A stretch of DNA of 64,000 bases from Massalongia carnosa (Eukaryota), in contig OZ287068.1 of assembly GCA_965645245.1 (NCBI GenBank), positions 496,001 to 560,000 on the forward strand, given 5' to 3'. Each line of letters opens with the position of its first letter. The stretch's first letter is position 1. The translations under genes and the position numbers were made by a program. This document shows, piece after piece, positions 62,182 to 64,000 of this stretch. The notes under the pieces are model-generated. The model saw nothing but the letters and a program-made list of their open reading frames with translations, searched no databases and was not told the DNA's origin.

Positions 62182-62700
62182 TTGGACCAAGAGCTTGTTG
62201 CTCGTGAAGTAGAAAATTTAGCAAAAATTGTTCCTATAATGCGTGCAAGCCCTGATAGACGTTATGGAACCCAAAATAGTAATAAGGGGAAGCTAGCCGT
62301 TGATGTGATGATGTCTACCTTCAGCGTCAGTTGCGAACCCAGTTTAGGCAGCCCTAGGCAGACAAATTGTTTGAGAGCAGCCTTTGCATACGATGATCTC
62401 ATGGGCGCTAATGTTGAATTCAGTCCAGAAGACCCCTTGTTTTCACGAAAATATAGTATATCCCCCAGTACTTTGACGTTCCATTGCCCTAGCAATCGAG
62501 CGCTAAATTTCGATAGGTGACTGCATTATAGCGGTAGAATTCAAAGGAGAGACGTCGATTTCTGGAAGTGCTCTCAAAAACGTTGTCGATTACGTATTAG
62601 AAAAGTGTTTGAGGGCTCCTTTAGCACTCCTGGTTGGGGGCACTGCCATCAGTAAAAATCCTCAAGGAAATACTCGAAAAGAGGTAGATAACCCGTTCTC
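62182..62700 (+). other. Exon fragments of a probable secreted cysteine-patterned protein (gene or relic)
   Basis: VSCEPSLGSPRQTNCLRA, then after a probable intron GDCIIAVEF...VDYVLEKC...VGGTA; gene model incomplete. Confidence 0.35.
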
Positions 62701-63846
62701 TGTTATCTAATGTAAATCATTGATGTCAGTACCCAAGTTGACTCTGTGCCATTCTTCCTGGCATGGAAGTAACAATATATGAACAAAACGAGGCCTCGAC
62801 CATTAACACGGATACCTATGCTTGGAAGGCTGTTTCAACTCATGAAGGAGATATCAGGCAATGCCCTAAAGGGACTAGACCTCCAGTAAGCCCACCCTAT
62901 CAAGGTATCTGGAGACAGTAAATCTGGGCCAAGGCATACCTGTAGTGAAATTTAGCACCCAGCTGATGAGTATCAACCTTCTATCTAAGGATATTTTACT
63001 CTTTGAAGTGCGCAGCAACGGAAGGCAATCCAGCAATGCCTCGATTTGTCTCCAGCGGGTGATGTTCGATGACATCCAAAAATTAACAGCAACCAAGACT
63101 AAGAAGCGCCTCATGAAACACTGTAGCTCAGATCCACTGATTCTGCACGGGGTCAACCCACAAAAATCTTCTCACCGTTCATGGTTATGAAGACTTGGCT
63201 GTCGCTTCAGTGGAGCGAGCATTCCGCTTGCCTCAGTACCTCAGACCTGCCTTGCCCTCGCCACAGCTAAACCTATTCAGATTAGTATATTATTAGTCTA
63301 AAGCTAAGCTAGTTTAGTGAATAGTTTAACTATTTTGGGTTAAGACTCTGTTTAGCTTACTACGCATGCTTCGGGCGGCAGGTCTGAGTTCAAAACTCTG
63401 TAATTTTGCCAGGTTCGCGTTATTTTGGTGACAACACATGTAAATTTCGTGCTTAAGATAAAAAATCATCGTTTTTCACGTTCAGGACAGGATCAACGAC
63501 AACACATGATAATTGTTATATAATACTTCTTTGTCGCCGCTACTTTCAGATATGCTTTATTGAATGCCCTAAAATTTAAACGCCCTGCATGCGTTGCGCG
63601 AATATCTTCCTCGTCGAGCAACATCGACTCAAATTGTTTCTCAAATCCCGACAACAGCACGACAATATCAAATTGAGTCTTGCTCTTCAAATCAACGGTC
63701 GGCGCTTATATCCATCATATTGCCTTGACGGATCAAGTTATTGTAGTCCTTCAGGGCTCCGAACTCGAAAACCTAGTCGTCGTCCTTGCTAGCGTGCTTT
63801 TTGACAGTTCGAAACTCGATCAAGATTGTAGCGCTATTACATCAAT

Positions 63847-64000
63847 ATGAACGACGCGATACAGGCGTTGACTCTTGAGAAGATCGAGAGCGTTTTTGAT
63901 CGTTATTTCGGATTTCGTCTAAAGAGGGCGCAGGTGGATGCTCTTCATCATCTGTTGTGCGATAGGATGGATTTGATTTTGATAGCAAAAACAGGCTTCG
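63847..64000 (+). CDS. N-terminus of a RecQ-like SF2 helicase (runs off the window)
   Basis: MNDAIQ...RYFGFRLKRAQVDALHHLLCDRMDLILIAKTGF(G): Q-motif-like segment followed by the start of Walker A. Confidence 0.6.
   Translation, partial: MNDAIQALTLEKIESVFDRYFGFRLKRAQVDALHHLLCDRMDLILIAKTGF

Noticed and set aside
1..64000. tRNA, 5S rRNA, snRNA genes and telomere repeats
   Set aside because: None recognised by eye; tRNAscan-SE and Infernal would be needed to exclude them.

Overview
Filamentous ascomycete (Pezizomycotina-type) genomic DNA, judged from short GT-AG introns with CTRAC branch sites and from the gene content. Housekeeping genes: UBE2O-like E2, PRS5, mitochondrial IF3-like, GH18 chitinase, HUB1, PIG-H/GPI15, SDS3-like and THR1. 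These are interleaved with small secreted proteins, several pseudogenes and many nested mobile elements: four Tc1/mariner copies, two nested pogo/Fot1 elements, a MULE with a 9-bp TSD, a chromovirus, solo LTRs and a foldback MITE. The most striking feature is a ~754-bp non-coding retroposon (19510-20263, minus strand, 16-bp TSD) that splits a GH20 hexosaminidase gene. It begins with a candidate, partly degenerate HDV-like ribozyme fold, carries 4.4 copies of a 59-nt double-hairpin repeat, and ends in a stem-loop/A-rich tail. That tail recurs as an independent 5'-truncated insertion at 16670-16868. Other highlights are a HeLo-like/SesA + pseudo-LMW-PTP + KH-like fusion gene, a secreted protein with five C-x4-C-x10-C-x-C repeats that the ORF track misses, and the start of a RecQ-like helicase at the right edge. 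All family calls come from motif recognition by eye, not database searches.
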